A stretch of DNA of 64,000 bases from an uncultured Propionibacterium sp. (GCF_963539965.1 NZ_CAUTOU010000001.1:6479-70478), one strand, 5' to 3'; shown: positions 51,160 through 60,345, counted from the first letter of the stretch. The notes: generated by a model not told the origin, from the letters alone. A program made the numbers and translations.

Positions 51160-52077
51160 ATGACAGGATACAGCTCGGACGAGAGCGGCGATTCCCTCGA
51201 ACACCGGCCCGACGTGCCCGGGGCGGCAGGGCCGGCCCCCGCCGACGCCGTCCCTGCCGCCCCGCACGACCCGGACGGCGGCCCCGTTGTCCTCACCCAT
51301 GCCCTCACCAAGACCTTCGGCTACGGGGACAACAGCGTGACCGCGCTGGACGCGGTGGACGTGCGCATCGCCCGCGCGCACTTCACCGCCATCATGGGCC
51401 CCTCGGGCTCGGGCAAGTCGACGCTCATGCACTGCCTGGCCGGTCTGGAGAAGGCCACCTCGGGCACGATCGTCCTCGACGGCGAGGAGATCTCCTCGCT
51501 GAGCCAGCGGCGCCTGACCAGGCTGCGCCGCGAACGCATCGGCTTCATCTTCCAGTCCTTCAACCTCGTGCCCTCCCTGACAGCCGAGGAGAACATCACC
51601 CTGCCCCTCGACATCGCCCGCCGGAGGGTCGACCGCGCCCGTTTCGAGCGCATCATCGAGGCGGTCGGGCTCCAGGACCGTCTCCGCCATCGGCCGGCCG
51701 AGCTCTCGGGCGGCCAGATCCAGCGGGTGGCCTGCGCGCGGGCGCTCATCGGCAGCCCGGCGGTCGTCTTCGCCGACGAGCCCACCGGGAATCTCGATTC
51801 CCGCGCCACGGAGCAGGTCCTGAGGGTCCTGCGCTCGAGCGTCGACGAGTTGGAGCAGAGCGTGGTCATGGTGACTCACGAACCCGATGCCGCGGCCTGG
51901 GCCGACACCGTCTTCTTCCTCAGGGACGGCCGCGTCGTCGCCGAGATGGACCGGCCCGACCGCACCCGGGTCCTGGAGGCTCTGGACGAGTTCGGCTCAC
52001 CGGGCAGACGGCGCGCCGACGAAGGCGACGAGGACGGCGCCCGCCGACCGGGCGCGGCCCGGGGGTCGGAGCGGTGA
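51160..52077 (+). CDS. ABC transporter ATP-binding protein (MacB/LolD-like)
   Basis: 305 aa from ATG 51160. Walker A GPSGSGKST, Q-loop FIFQSFNL, LSGGQIQRVACARAL, Walker B VVFADEPTGNLD, H-loop VTHEP. Confidence 0.9.
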   Translation: MTGYSSDESGDSLEHRPDVPGAAGPAPADAVPAAPHDPDGGPVVLTHALTKTFGYGDNSVTALDAVDVRIARAHFTAIMGPSGSGKSTLMHCLAGLEKATSGTIVLDGEEISSLSQRRLTRLRRERIGFIFQSFNLVPSLTAEENITLPLDIARRRVDRARFERIIEAVGLQDRLRHRPAELSGGQIQRVACARALIGSPAVVFADEPTGNLDSRATEQVLRVLRSSVDELEQSVVMVTHEPDAAAWADTVFFLRDGRVVAEMDRPDRTRVLEALDEFGSPGRRRADEGDEDGARRPGAARGSER

Positions 52078-54641
52078 GGCGCGTCGCTTGGCGCTCCGTG
52101 CGCACCCACGCCGGGCAGTTCCTCCTGACGGCCCTCGCCGTGGTCCTGGGAGTGACCTTCCTGTCCGGCACGCTCGCCCTGCGCGGTGTCCTCTCCGAGA
52201 CCTTCTCCGCCCTGACGTCCTCCACCATGACGGCGGACCTGTACGTCACCGGCCCCCGCGTGGACGGGTCCGGCTCCGGTTCCGGGATCACGACGGAACC
52301 GGTCGACGCCGCCTTGGCGGACCAGATCGCCCGGCTCGACGGCGTCCAGGCCGCGCACCCCGTCTCCTCGGTCCCCGTGACCCTCGTCGGCGCGGACAAC
52401 ACCCCCGTGGCCTCCACCGGAGCCCCGTCGATGGCCCTGCCGATCTTCCCGGACGGTCTGGGGGAGAAGATGGTCGCGGGCTCCCGGCCCGTCGGTCAGA
52501 ACCAGATCGCCCTGGAGTCCGACGCTCTGAGGCGCTCGGGCCTGGCGCTGGGACAGACCACCCACCTCGTCGTCAACGGAGTGCCGATGGAGGTCGAGGT
52601 CGTCGGCGAGTTCAGCTTCGGGGCCTCCATGGCGGGGGCCACCGTCGTCGGCATGGACTCGTCCTGGCTCGTACCGGCGGCCGCGCCGAACGGCCAGGTC
52701 TCCTCCATCTCGGTGTACCTGGACCAAGGGGCCTCCGCGACGGAGGTCTCCCAGGAGATCGCCCCCCTGCTGCCCGACGGCGTCCGCCTCCAGACCAGGG
52801 CCGAGAGCATCGACGAGCAGAACGACTCCATCGAGCGGATCCTCGGCTACGTCCAGACCTTCCTGATGGTCTTCGTGATCCTGGCGATGTTCGTGGGATC
52901 GTTCATCATCATGAACACGTTCGCCATGAGCGTGCGCCAGCGCGTGAAGGAGTTCGCCCTCCTGCGCGCGATCGGCGCCTCCCCGGCGTCGGTCTTCGCC
53001 ACAGTGCTCCTCCAAGCCGTCATCATCGGCGCCATCGGCTCCGCCCTGGGCGTTCTGGGCGGAACCGGCCTGACCCGTCTGCTCGTGGCGGGGCTGGAGG
53101 CCATGGGTATGCCGCTGCCGGACAGCGGCGTCCCCATGACGCCGGGCATCATCGTCGCCTCCCTCCTCACGGGCCTGCTCGTCACCGTCCTCGGAGCCCT
53201 CCTGCCCGCTCGGGACGCCGCCCTGACCGCGCCCGTCGAGGCCATGAGATCGACCTCCGGGTCCCGGGAGAAACCGTTGACACTGCGCGGCGTCCTGGGG
53301 GCGCTACTGACCGCGGCCGGGGCGGCCGGCGTCATCGCCGCCTGGACGGCCGGGGGCATGCCGCACCGCTCGGCGGTCCTCGGCGCGGGTGCGGGCGCCC
53401 TCATCGTGGGGCTGCTCGTCGTCTCCCCCGTCCTGGCGCGCCCCGTCGTCACCGTCCTGGGGCTCCCCCTGCGGCTCGTGCGCCCGGGGGGCCGCCTGGC
53501 GGCGCGCAACCTGGCGGCCAGCACACGGCGCACGGCGGCCACCTCCGCCGCCCTCGTCATCGGCATGGCGCTGGTGTGCGCGGGTTCCACGGTCACGGCC
53601 TCGATGCGGGCGTCGATCTCCACGATCGTCAATGACTCGATGCGCGCCGACCTCATGGTGCGCTCGGCGGCCACCAACCAGACATCCCCGCTGCCCGCCG
53701 GGATGGCCCAGAGGATCGAGGCCCTCGACGGTGTCGCCGCGACCACCGGCTACTCCGGCGCCCTGACCACCGTGACGGCCCCGGACGGCCAGAAGCTGAC
53801 CGGCTACATCGACACCATCGATCCCCGGACCTACGCCGACTTCTACGATCCGGGCATCACCAGCGGCTCGCTGGACTCGCTGGACTCCACGCACGTCGCG
53901 GCCTTCGCATCCACCGGCCTGGCGATCGGCGACGAGGTGACCATCTCGGGGTCCACCGGCAGCATCACGGCCACGGTCAGCGCCCTCGCCGACCCGAAGG
54001 GCATCACCGGGACGCTCTACGTCCCCCCCGAGGTGACCGCGGCGGTCGGCTCGTGGTCCGAGGCCGTGCCGACCGACCCGGGGCAGGTCCTGGCCAGCCC
54101 GATGGGCCTGTTCGTCAGGCTCGCGGCGGGGGCCGACCCGGAGTCGGTGCGCGGCCAGATCCAGGAGATCGTCTCGCCGACCTACGTCTTCGAGGTCCTG
54201 GACGCCGATCAGCTCTCGGACCAGGTCGGCCAGCAGGCCAACCAGATGCTCGCCGTCCTGTACGCGCTCCTGGGGCTGTCGATGGTCATCGCCGTTCTCG
54301 GCATCGTCAACACCCTGGTCCTGTCCGTCTCCGAGCGCACCCGGGAGATCGGCCTCATGCGGGCCGTCGGTCTGGGGAGGACGCAGCTGGCCGGCGAGAT
54401 AGTCTGCGAGTCCGTGCTCATCGCCGTCTACGGGACCGTACTGGGCGGCGCCACCGGGGTCCTACTGGCCGGCGCCCTGCGCGCGGTGCTGGCCGATCAG
54501 GGCCTGACCGAACTGGTCATCCCCTGGACCCAGCTGGTGATGATGCTGGTGATCGCCTGCCTGGTCGGCGTCATCGCGGCGCTGTGGCCTGCCCTGCGGG
54601 CCGCCCGCCTGCCGGTGCTGGAGGCCATAGCGACCGAGTGA
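52074..54641 (+). CDS. FtsX-family ABC permease with two FtsX modules (MacB-like, 855 aa)
   Basis: GTG 52074 overlaps the ATPase stop (GTGA). It has an N-terminal TM helix, an extracytoplasmic domain and a 3-TM FtsX block (...FALLRAIGASP...), and this layout is repeated in the second half (...IGLMRAVGLGR...). Confidence 0.88.
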   Translation: MRRVAWRSVRTHAGQFLLTALAVVLGVTFLSGTLALRGVLSETFSALTSSTMTADLYVTGPRVDGSGSGSGITTEPVDAALADQIARLDGVQAAHPVSSVPVTLVGADNTPVASTGAPSMALPIFPDGLGEKMVAGSRPVGQNQIALESDALRRSGLALGQTTHLVVNGVPMEVEVVGEFSFGASMAGATVVGMDSSWLVPAAAPNGQVSSISVYLDQGASATEVSQEIAPLLPDGVRLQTRAESIDEQNDSIERILGYVQTFLMVFVILAMFVGSFIIMNTFAMSVRQRVKEFALLRAIGASPASVFATVLLQAVIIGAIGSALGVLGGTGLTRLLVAGLEAMGMPLPDSGVPMTPGIIVASLLTGLLVTVLGALLPARDAALTAPVEAMRSTSGSREKPLTLRGVLGALLTAAGAAGVIAAWTAGGMPHRSAVLGAGAGALIVGLLVVSPVLARPVVTVLGLPLRLVRPGGRLAARNLAASTRRTAATSAALVIGMALVCAGSTVTASMRASISTIVNDSMRADLMVRSAATNQTSPLPAGMAQRIEALDGVAATTGYSGALTTVTAPDGQKLTGYIDTIDPRTYADFYDPGITSGSLDSLDSTHVAAFASTGLAIGDEVTISGSTGSITATVSALADPKGITGTLYVPPEVTAAVGSWSEAVPTDPGQVLASPMGLFVRLAAGADPESVRGQIQEIVSPTYVFEVLDADQLSDQVGQQANQMLAVLYALLGLSMVIAVLGIVNTLVLSVSERTREIGLMRAVGLGRTQLAGEIVCESVLIAVYGTVLGGATGVLLAGALRAVLADQGLTELVIPWTQLVMMLVIACLVGVIAALWPALRAARLPVLEAIATE

Positions 54642-54645
54642 GACG

Positions 54646-54681
54646 GCCGGGCCCTCCCCTCCCACCGGGGCAGGGCCCGGC
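54646..54681. terminator. GC-rich hairpin between the convergent ABC permease and pduP genes (bidirectional terminator candidate)
   Basis: GCCGGGCCCT(54646-55)...AGGGCCCGGC(54672-81), with an inner CCCC/GGGG extension. It lies in the 47-nt gap between the two stop codons. Confidence 0.55.
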
Positions 54682-54688
54682 GCACCCG

Positions 54689-56092
54689 TCAGCGCACCGA
54701 CAGGCCGCCCTTGAGAACGCAGCGGCGGCGGCGCGCGAAATTGCGGGCCGAGGTCAGGCCCTCCCCCGTCGGACCGGCGATGGTGAAGGTCGGGTAGCCC
54801 TCCCCGCCGATGCCGATGCCGTTGTAGGACGGGCCGTTCTTCACGAAGATCGTGGTCTGGATCCTCTTGCCCATCTTGGTCAGGGCCTTGACATCCAGCG
54901 AGTGCATGACCGCCGTGTGGCGGTTGCCGTGCTCGGCCTCGACGGCCCTGTCGATGGCCTCGTCGATGTTCTTGACGCGCACGACGCCGAGGATCGGCAT
55001 CATGAGCTCGGTCTGGACGAAGGTGTGTTCGAAGGGGACCTCCGCGATGAGCAGCCGGGTGTCCTCGGGGACCGTCAGGCCCGCCTCCGCGGCCAGCACG
55101 GCCGCCGGCCTGCCGACCCACTTCGGGACGGCGCGGCCGTCCTCGGCCACGAACGAGGCCAGCCTGTCGACGACCGCCCGGTCCCTGATCTCGACGGCGC
55201 CGTGCTTGAGCATCTCGAACTTGAGCAGGTCGACGATCGAGTCGACCGCGATGACCTCCTTCTCGGCGGTGCAGGGCAGGTTGTTGTCGAAGCTGGCGCC
55301 GTCGACGATGTCCTTGGCCGCCTGCGGGATGTCGGCGGTGGCGTCGACGACGGCCGGCGGGTTGCCGGCACCGGCGCCGATGGCCTTCTTGCCGCTGGAC
55401 AGGACCGATCTCACGATGCCCGGGCCGCCGGTGGCGACGAGCATGCGCACCTTCGGGTGGGCCATCATGGCGTTGGTGTTCTCGATCGAGGGACTCTCGA
55501 CGGTGGTGATCAGGTCGGCGGGGGCACCGACCTCGGCCAGGGCCTTGTTGATCCGGCGGATCAGCCAGTGGGTGATCCCGGTGGCGCGCGGGTGGGGACT
55601 GAAGACCACGGCGTTGCCGGCGGCGAGCATGCCGATCGAGTTGTTGATGACGGTCTCGGTCGGGTTCGTCGTCGGGGTGATCGCGCCGATGACGCCGAAG
55701 GGCGAGAACTCGATGGTGGTCAGGCCATCGTCGCCGCTCCAGGCCTCGGTCACGATGTCCTCGGTGCCGGGGGTGTCCAGGGCCGCGTAGCGGTTCTTGA
55801 GGAATTTGTCGTGCGCGTTGCCCATGCCGGTCTCCTCGACGGCGGCCTCGGCCATGTGCCTCAGGGCGGACTCCTCGGAGCAGACGTCGCGGATCACCTG
55901 GACGTAGCACCTGCGATCGCGCATCGAGCAGTCGAGGTACCGGCTCCACGCCCTGTCGGCCGCCTCGACGGCGTCATTCATGTCGGCGAAGATGCCGTCA
56001 CCGCAGGGGCTCGCCGCACCGGCCCGACGCGCGACGACCTCCTGCACGGTCTCGCGGACGACCTTTTGAATGAGTTCGGGGCTGATGCTCAT
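54689..56092 (-). CDS. pduP: CoA-acylating propionaldehyde dehydrogenase
   Basis: 467 aa. N-terminal amphipathic helix MSISPELIQKVVRETVQEVV, then an aldehyde dehydrogenase fold with catalytic Cys in NNLPCTAEKE. The ATG overlaps the pduO stop. Confidence 0.9.
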   Translation of the reverse strand: MSISPELIQKVVRETVQEVVARRAGAASPCGDGIFADMNDAVEAADRAWSRYLDCSMRDRRCYVQVIRDVCSEESALRHMAEAAVEETGMGNAHDKFLKNRYAALDTPGTEDIVTEAWSGDDGLTTIEFSPFGVIGAITPTTNPTETVINNSIGMLAAGNAVVFSPHPRATGITHWLIRRINKALAEVGAPADLITTVESPSIENTNAMMAHPKVRMLVATGGPGIVRSVLSSGKKAIGAGAGNPPAVVDATADIPQAAKDIVDGASFDNNLPCTAEKEVIAVDSIVDLLKFEMLKHGAVEIRDRAVVDRLASFVAEDGRAVPKWVGRPAAVLAAEAGLTVPEDTRLLIAEVPFEHTFVQTELMMPILGVVRVKNIDEAIDRAVEAEHGNRHTAVMHSLDVKALTKMGKRIQTTIFVKNGPSYNGIGIGGEGYPTFTIAGPTGEGLTSARNFARRRRCVLKGGLSVR

Positions 56093-57147
56093 GGACGGCT
56101 CTCCTTCTGGGCTGTTGACAATGCGTATGCGACGATCGACTCGTCCTGGGCGGCCGCTCCGCCGGAGACGCCGATGCCCCCGGCCAGCCTGCCGTCGACG
56201 AAGACCGGGAGTCCTCCCCCGAAGACGACCACGTGGCCGGCGTTCGACTGCTGGATCCCGTGGAGCTCTCCGGCCGGGCCCGAGGCGTCCTTGAGCTCGG
56301 CCGTGGGCCGTTGGAAGGCGGCCGCGGTGAACGCCTTGCCCTGGGCGATGTCGAGACTGCCCAGGAGAGAACCCGCCATGCGCTCCAGGAGCACCAGGTT
56401 TCCGCCGTCGTCGACCCCGGCGAAGACGCAGGGGACGCCGATCTCGACGGCTCTGGCCTGCGCCGCCTCGGCCATGAGCCGCAGCACGGCCAGGTCGTAC
56501 CGGGGGAGCTCGTAGGGGCCCGGCGCCCCGGGTCCCGTCCCGTCCGCGCCGGCGAGGGCCGCGGCGGCGCCCGGGTCGGACAACGCGCGCGCGACCGCCC
56601 CGCGCACCACCTGCTCGATGCGGGCGATGTCGTGGCGGTGCTCGGCCAGACGGGCCAGCGCGTAGAGCGCGTCGGACAGGCGGTTGAGGTAGGTGATGAC
56701 CTCGGGACGGATCGTCTCGGAGCCGACGGCGGTCAGCACCCGGCGCTCGGCGCGGCGCACGACCGTGCGGGCGCGGTGGAGGACCGCGGAGAGCGCGTCG
56801 CGACCGGGGACGACGAAGTTGCGCTGCGGACCGGTGACGGCCAAGCACTCGTCGATCAGGCGTTCCAGATCGGTGACGTCATCGGTGCCGATCTTGTCGT
56901 CGAGAATCTCGCGGCCCCGGGGATCGCTGGCCAGTTCGGCGGCCAGCGTGAACATGCGCTGCTGGATGTGGTGCAGGGCGGCGCGGACATGCGGGTCGTC
57001 CGTGGCGGCCTTGGCCTCGCCGATCGTCACGTTGGCCTCGTCGACCGTGCCGTAGGCCTCGACCAGGGACGACTGCTTGGGCACGCGCGAGCCGCCGAAC
57101 AGGCCGGTCGTGCCGCCGTCGCCGCTGCGGGTGTATATGTTCGGCAC
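56089..57147 (-). CDS. pduO: PduO-type ATP:cob(I)alamin adenosyltransferase fused to a DUF336/GlcG-like domain
   Basis: 352 aa from GTG 57147. IYTRSGDGGTTGL...VVPG...LHRARTVVRRAER adenosyltransferase part. C-terminal ...GNLVLLERMAGSLLGSLDIAQGKAFTAAAF...GGIGVSGG is a DUF336 pattern. Confidence 0.88.
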   Translation of the reverse strand: MPNIYTRSGDGGTTGLFGGSRVPKQSSLVEAYGTVDEANVTIGEAKAATDDPHVRAALHHIQQRMFTLAAELASDPRGREILDDKIGTDDVTDLERLIDECLAVTGPQRNFVVPGRDALSAVLHRARTVVRRAERRVLTAVGSETIRPEVITYLNRLSDALYALARLAEHRHDIARIEQVVRGAVARALSDPGAAAALAGADGTGPGAPGPYELPRYDLAVLRLMAEAAQARAVEIGVPCVFAGVDDGGNLVLLERMAGSLLGSLDIAQGKAFTAAAFQRPTAELKDASGPAGELHGIQQSNAGHVVVFGGGLPVFVDGRLAGGIGVSGGAAAQDESIVAYALSTAQKESRP

Positions 57148-57149
57148 GG

Positions 57150-57422
57150 TCAGGCCCCCCCGAGCTCGATCGAGTCGACGATGCCGACGATCGTGGAGTC
57201 GATCGGCGAGTCCTTGCGGGACGCCGCGAAGCGGGCCGAGGAGCCCTTGGTGATGATGACCGTGGCGCCGGTGCCGGCGCCCACGGTGTCGACGGCGATC
57301 TCGGGCCGGTCGACGGGCTCCTCGTCGGCGTCGAGCGGCTGGACCAGGAGCAGCTTGAAGCCGATCAGTCGCTCGTCCTTGCTGGTCGAGACGACGGTGC
57401 CGCGCACCTTGGCGAGGAACAT
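57150..57422 (-). CDS. pduN: BMC vertex (pentamer) protein, EutN/CcmL/PduN family
   Basis: 90 aa. MFLAKVRGTVVSTSKDERLIGFKLLLVQPLD....AVDTVGAG.G..V. Confidence 0.9.
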   Translation of the reverse strand: MFLAKVRGTVVSTSKDERLIGFKLLLVQPLDADEEPVDRPEIAVDTVGAGTGATVIITKGSSARFAASRKDSPIDSTIVGIVDSIELGGA

Positions 57423-57425
57423 CTT

Positions 57426-58271
57426 TCAGGCCTCCTTGACGATCGTGACGGCGCGGCTCGCCGCAACGTCTCCGGCCATCGCGGTGATCTTCGCGTCGGC
57501 GGGCACTTGCAGCAGCGTGCCGGGGGGCAGCCGCTGGACGACGCGCTGGCTGATGAGTCTCTGTTGGCACACGACCGTGCCGGGTCCGGGCGCGGCGGCC
57601 GACGAGGCCGTGGTCCGGGCCATCGGGGTGACCGCCGGGGTCGCGCCGAGCATGCGCAGCAACTCGGTACGGCTTGCACCCAGGGCCGTCGTGATCGGGC
57701 GGATCCTGGCGCGCTCGCTGCGCTCGTAGGCGGCCAGTACGGTCCGGGCCAGGGAGCCGGCGCGCGAGGTCCGCACGCCGAAGGTGCGCAGCGTCGCGAG
57801 ATTGGCGCGCATCATCTGCGCGTAGCCCTCGGGGATGGCGCCGAACCAGCGCCGCTTGTCGGGATCATCCGGATCGCAGCCGGAAACGGCTGCGACGACG
57901 GGTTTGCCGGCCAGCAGGTAGTCGTTGACCAGATTGCTCGCCAGGCAGTCGGCCACGCCGTGGGCGGCCTTGGCGGCGATGTTCTGGGTGAGCGTCGGGA
58001 TGATCAGCATGTCGTGGCTGCCGGTCAGCTGCCTGGTGGCCGGGGTCATGCCCAAGGCGCCGATGAGCTCCTGGTCGAGGATGCGCTCGGCGCTCGGGGT
58101 CTGCACGACCTCGAGCCCGACGCCCTCGCCGATCAGCATGGCCAACTCGGGAACCGTCTTCTCGAAGCCGATCAGCGCGCCGGTGAACAGGACCAGGGCG
58201 CGCCGGGGGGCCGGGGCCACCAGCTCGGCAAGAGCACTGTGCACGAGACCGCGCACGTCATCGGCATTCAT
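57426..58271 (-). CDS. PduM-like microcompartment protein, long form with flavoprotein-like Rossmann domain
   Basis: 281 aa. N-terminal helix MNADDVRGLVHSALAELV. The central part resembles the Flavoprotein fold (LVLFTGALIGF..., LIIPTLTQNIAAKAAHGVADCLASNL, GKPVVAAV). The C-terminal KITAMAGDVAASRAVTIVKEA resembles the C-terminus of Salmonella PduM as I recall it. The ATG overlaps the eutJ-like stop. Confidence 0.55.
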   Translation of the reverse strand: MNADDVRGLVHSALAELVAPAPRRALVLFTGALIGFEKTVPELAMLIGEGVGLEVVQTPSAERILDQELIGALGMTPATRQLTGSHDMLIIPTLTQNIAAKAAHGVADCLASNLVNDYLLAGKPVVAAVSGCDPDDPDKRRWFGAIPEGYAQMMRANLATLRTFGVRTSRAGSLARTVLAAYERSERARIRPITTALGASRTELLRMLGATPAVTPMARTTASSAAAPGPGTVVCQQRLISQRVVQRLPPGTLLQVPADAKITAMAGDVAASRAVTIVKEA

Positions 58272-59113
58272 CGGTGAATCTCCTTCGCCGTCATCGGGAC
58301 GCCCAGCGGGGTCACGAACAGGGGCTCGGCCGGCCGGACAACCGGCCGGTGCAGGCGCGCGGCGAACGCGTCGGGTGCGTTGGGGAAGGCGCTGGATCCG
58401 CCTACCAGGTAGACGACCGGCACGTCGACGTCCTGGAGCGAGCGCTCGGCGATCGAGGCCATCTTGTCGAGCGTGGGGCGGATGAGACCGATCACGTCGG
58501 CGCGGCGGGCCGGATCCTTCTTCATGGCCTCGGCCTCCGCATAGGGCAGGCGGTGGGCGCCGGCCAGGACGAGTGTCATGTGGTGACCACCGGTGGCCTC
58601 ATCGACCGACAGCCTCACCCGGCCTCTCTCCAAGACCGAGACCCCGGTGGTGCCGTGGCCGATGTCGATCACGCAGCCGTCGGCGATGCCGAGCGCGCGG
58701 GCCGCCGCAACCGGCTCGTCCACCACCTCGGCGACGTCCAGGCCGCAGGCGACCACCACGTTCTCGAAGACCCTGACGTCGCCGGCGCCGATCGCCGGCG
58801 GGATCGACACCGAAGCCCGGTCGAACCGGTACCCGAGGCGGTCCTGGACGTCCCGGGTGAGCCTGCGCACCGCACCGGTCGCGCCGGCCCAGTCGACGAC
58901 GACGCCGTCGCGCACGACCGTGGAGTGCATCCAGCCCCCGGCGACCGGGCGGTCGGCGGCATCGACCACGGACACGACGATGTTGGCGGTACCGAGGTCG
59001 ACGCCGAGCCGCAGCTCGCCCTCGTACTCGGCGGTCTCGCCCGTGCTCACGAGCTCGGCGAACCGCCGGATCGCCCGTTCACGGTCGGGCGGTGCTGCCG
59101 TGTCCGCGGTCAT
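58268..59113 (-). CDS. eutJ: EutJ-like actin/Hsp70-fold ATPase (putative chaperone)
   Basis: 281 aa. Phosphate-binding motifs GVDLGTANIVVSV and IDIGHGTTGVSV, and VYLVGGSSAFP. Confidence 0.8.
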   Translation of the reverse strand: MTADTAAPPDRERAIRRFAELVSTGETAEYEGELRLGVDLGTANIVVSVVDAADRPVAGGWMHSTVVRDGVVVDWAGATGAVRRLTRDVQDRLGYRFDRASVSIPPAIGAGDVRVFENVVVACGLDVAEVVDEPVAAARALGIADGCVIDIGHGTTGVSVLERGRVRLSVDEATGGHHMTLVLAGAHRLPYAEAEAMKKDPARRADVIGLIRPTLDKMASIAERSLQDVDVPVVYLVGGSSAFPNAPDAFAARLHRPVVRPAEPLFVTPLGVPMTAKEIHR

Positions 59114-59132
59114 CGATGCCTCACCCGATCCC

Positions 59133-59411
59133 TCAGGACTGCTTCGGCAGCAGCTTCTCCACGTCGTTGTGCGGACGCGGGATCACGTGGCGGGAGAGGA
59201 CCTCCTCGCCGACATTCGTAGCGGCGACGTAGCCGGCGTCAACAGCGGCCTTGACCGCGCCGACGTCGCCGCGCACCATCACGGTCACCAGTCCGGCGCC
59301 GACCTTCTGGTAGCCGATCAGCGTCACATTGGCGGCCTTCGTCATGGCATCGGCGGCCTCCACAGCCCCGATGTAACCCTTGGTCTCGATGAGACCGAGC
59401 GCTTCACCCAT
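59133..59411 (-). CDS. pduA: BMC-H shell protein, PduA/PduJ type
   Basis: 92 aa. [57 protein letters not shown]...HVIPRPH. Confidence 0.92.
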   Translation of the reverse strand: MGEALGLIETKGYIGAVEAADAMTKAANVTLIGYQKVGAGLVTVMVRGDVGAVKAAVDAGYVAATNVGEEVLSRHVIPRPHNDVEKLLPKQS

Positions 59412-59432
59412 GGTTTCTTCCCTCCTCTGATT

Positions 59433-59975
59433 TCATTTCTTCTCGGCCTGCGGCCCATCGCCGCCGGCGCTGGAAGTCTTGCGGACCGGCGAACCGCCCG
59501 GGCTCGCAGCCCCGGCGCCGACTGCCCTGCTCTTGGCCGGCGCCCTCTTCCCGGTGTCGCCGGTCCTCGCCGCGGCCTCCGTTCCCGGCGCGGTCCCGGC
59601 GCCCGTCTCAGCGGGCCCCTCCACGGGCCGGGGATTCTCGGCCGCGGCCTTCTCGACGGCCCGGCCCGCACGGGCAGGTGCTCCGGGGCCAACGGTCGCC
59701 GGGGACAGGACGACGTCGTCGAGCTGCGCGCTGGGACGGGGGATCACCGAGACCGCGAAGACCCTGCTCACCCGCTCCGCTGAGGTCCGGGCCGCCGCGA
59801 TGGCCGACTGCACCGCCGAGACCTGGCCCTCGACCTTGACGGTGACCATGCCGGCGCCATCGGTGGTCTCGTAACCGATGAGTCTGACGTCCGCGGACTT
59901 CACTGCGACGTCGGCGGCCTCGATGGCCGCCGGAAGACCGAGGACCTCGATCTCGCCCAGGGCGTTCGTGAGCAT
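59433..59975 (-). CDS. BMC-H shell protein with ~90-aa disordered C-terminal extension (PduK-like)
   Basis: ATG 59975 is preceded by AAGGAG. The BMC domain is ALGEIEVLGLPAAIEAADVAVKSADVRLIGYE...VKVEGQVSAVQSAI...VIPRP. An Ala/Pro/Gly-rich tail follows, ending in KRAPAKSR...AEKK. Confidence 0.8.
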   Translation of the reverse strand: MLTNALGEIEVLGLPAAIEAADVAVKSADVRLIGYETTDGAGMVTVKVEGQVSAVQSAIAAARTSAERVSRVFAVSVIPRPSAQLDDVVLSPATVGPGAPARAGRAVEKAAAENPRPVEGPAETGAGTAPGTEAAARTGDTGKRAPAKSRAVGAGAASPGGSPVRKTSSAGGDGPQAEKK

Positions 59976-59985
59976 TGTGTCTCCT

Positions 59986-60345
59986 TCACTCATTGGTGAC
60001 CCCGATCAGCGGCATGCGCTTGACGAGTCGCGCGGCATTGGCGCCCATGTCGCGGGCGCGCGTCCATGCCGGGTCGACGTCGAGCGTGATGTAGGGGCTG
60101 TCGGCGTCGAGTTTCTCGGTGGTGATGACGATCCGTCCGGAGCAGACGCCCACGCCGACGCCCAAGCGCGAGGCCAGCGCGGCCTCGTGCGCCAGCACGG
60201 CGGCATCGGAGGACCCGCTGCGCGTCACCGACCACGGGACGCCCTCCTCCTCCATGCCGTAACCGATCTGGTCGATGTGCTCGGCGCTCACCGTCGGGGA
60301 CGCCCTGACGCCGATGGTCGGCCTGTCCTGTTCGCCGGCTCTCAT
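59986..60345 (-). CDS. pduH: Diol dehydratase reactivase small subunit
   Basis: 119 aa. ...PTIGVRASP...IGYGMEEEGVPW.V... is typical of PduH/DdrB. The ATG overlaps the pduG stop. Confidence 0.85.
   Translation of the reverse strand: MRAGEQDRPTIGVRASPTVSAEHIDQIGYGMEEEGVPWSVTRSGSSDAAVLAHEAALASRLGVGVGVCSGRIVITTEKLDADSPYITLDVDPAWTRARDMGANAARLVKRMPLIGVTNE

Noticed and set aside
50110-52077. 655-aa ORF fusing the integrase region to the ABC ATPase
   Set aside because: Only the last 305 aa (from ATG 51160) look like protein. The upstream part is a shadow frame of the integrase ORF and of the spacer.
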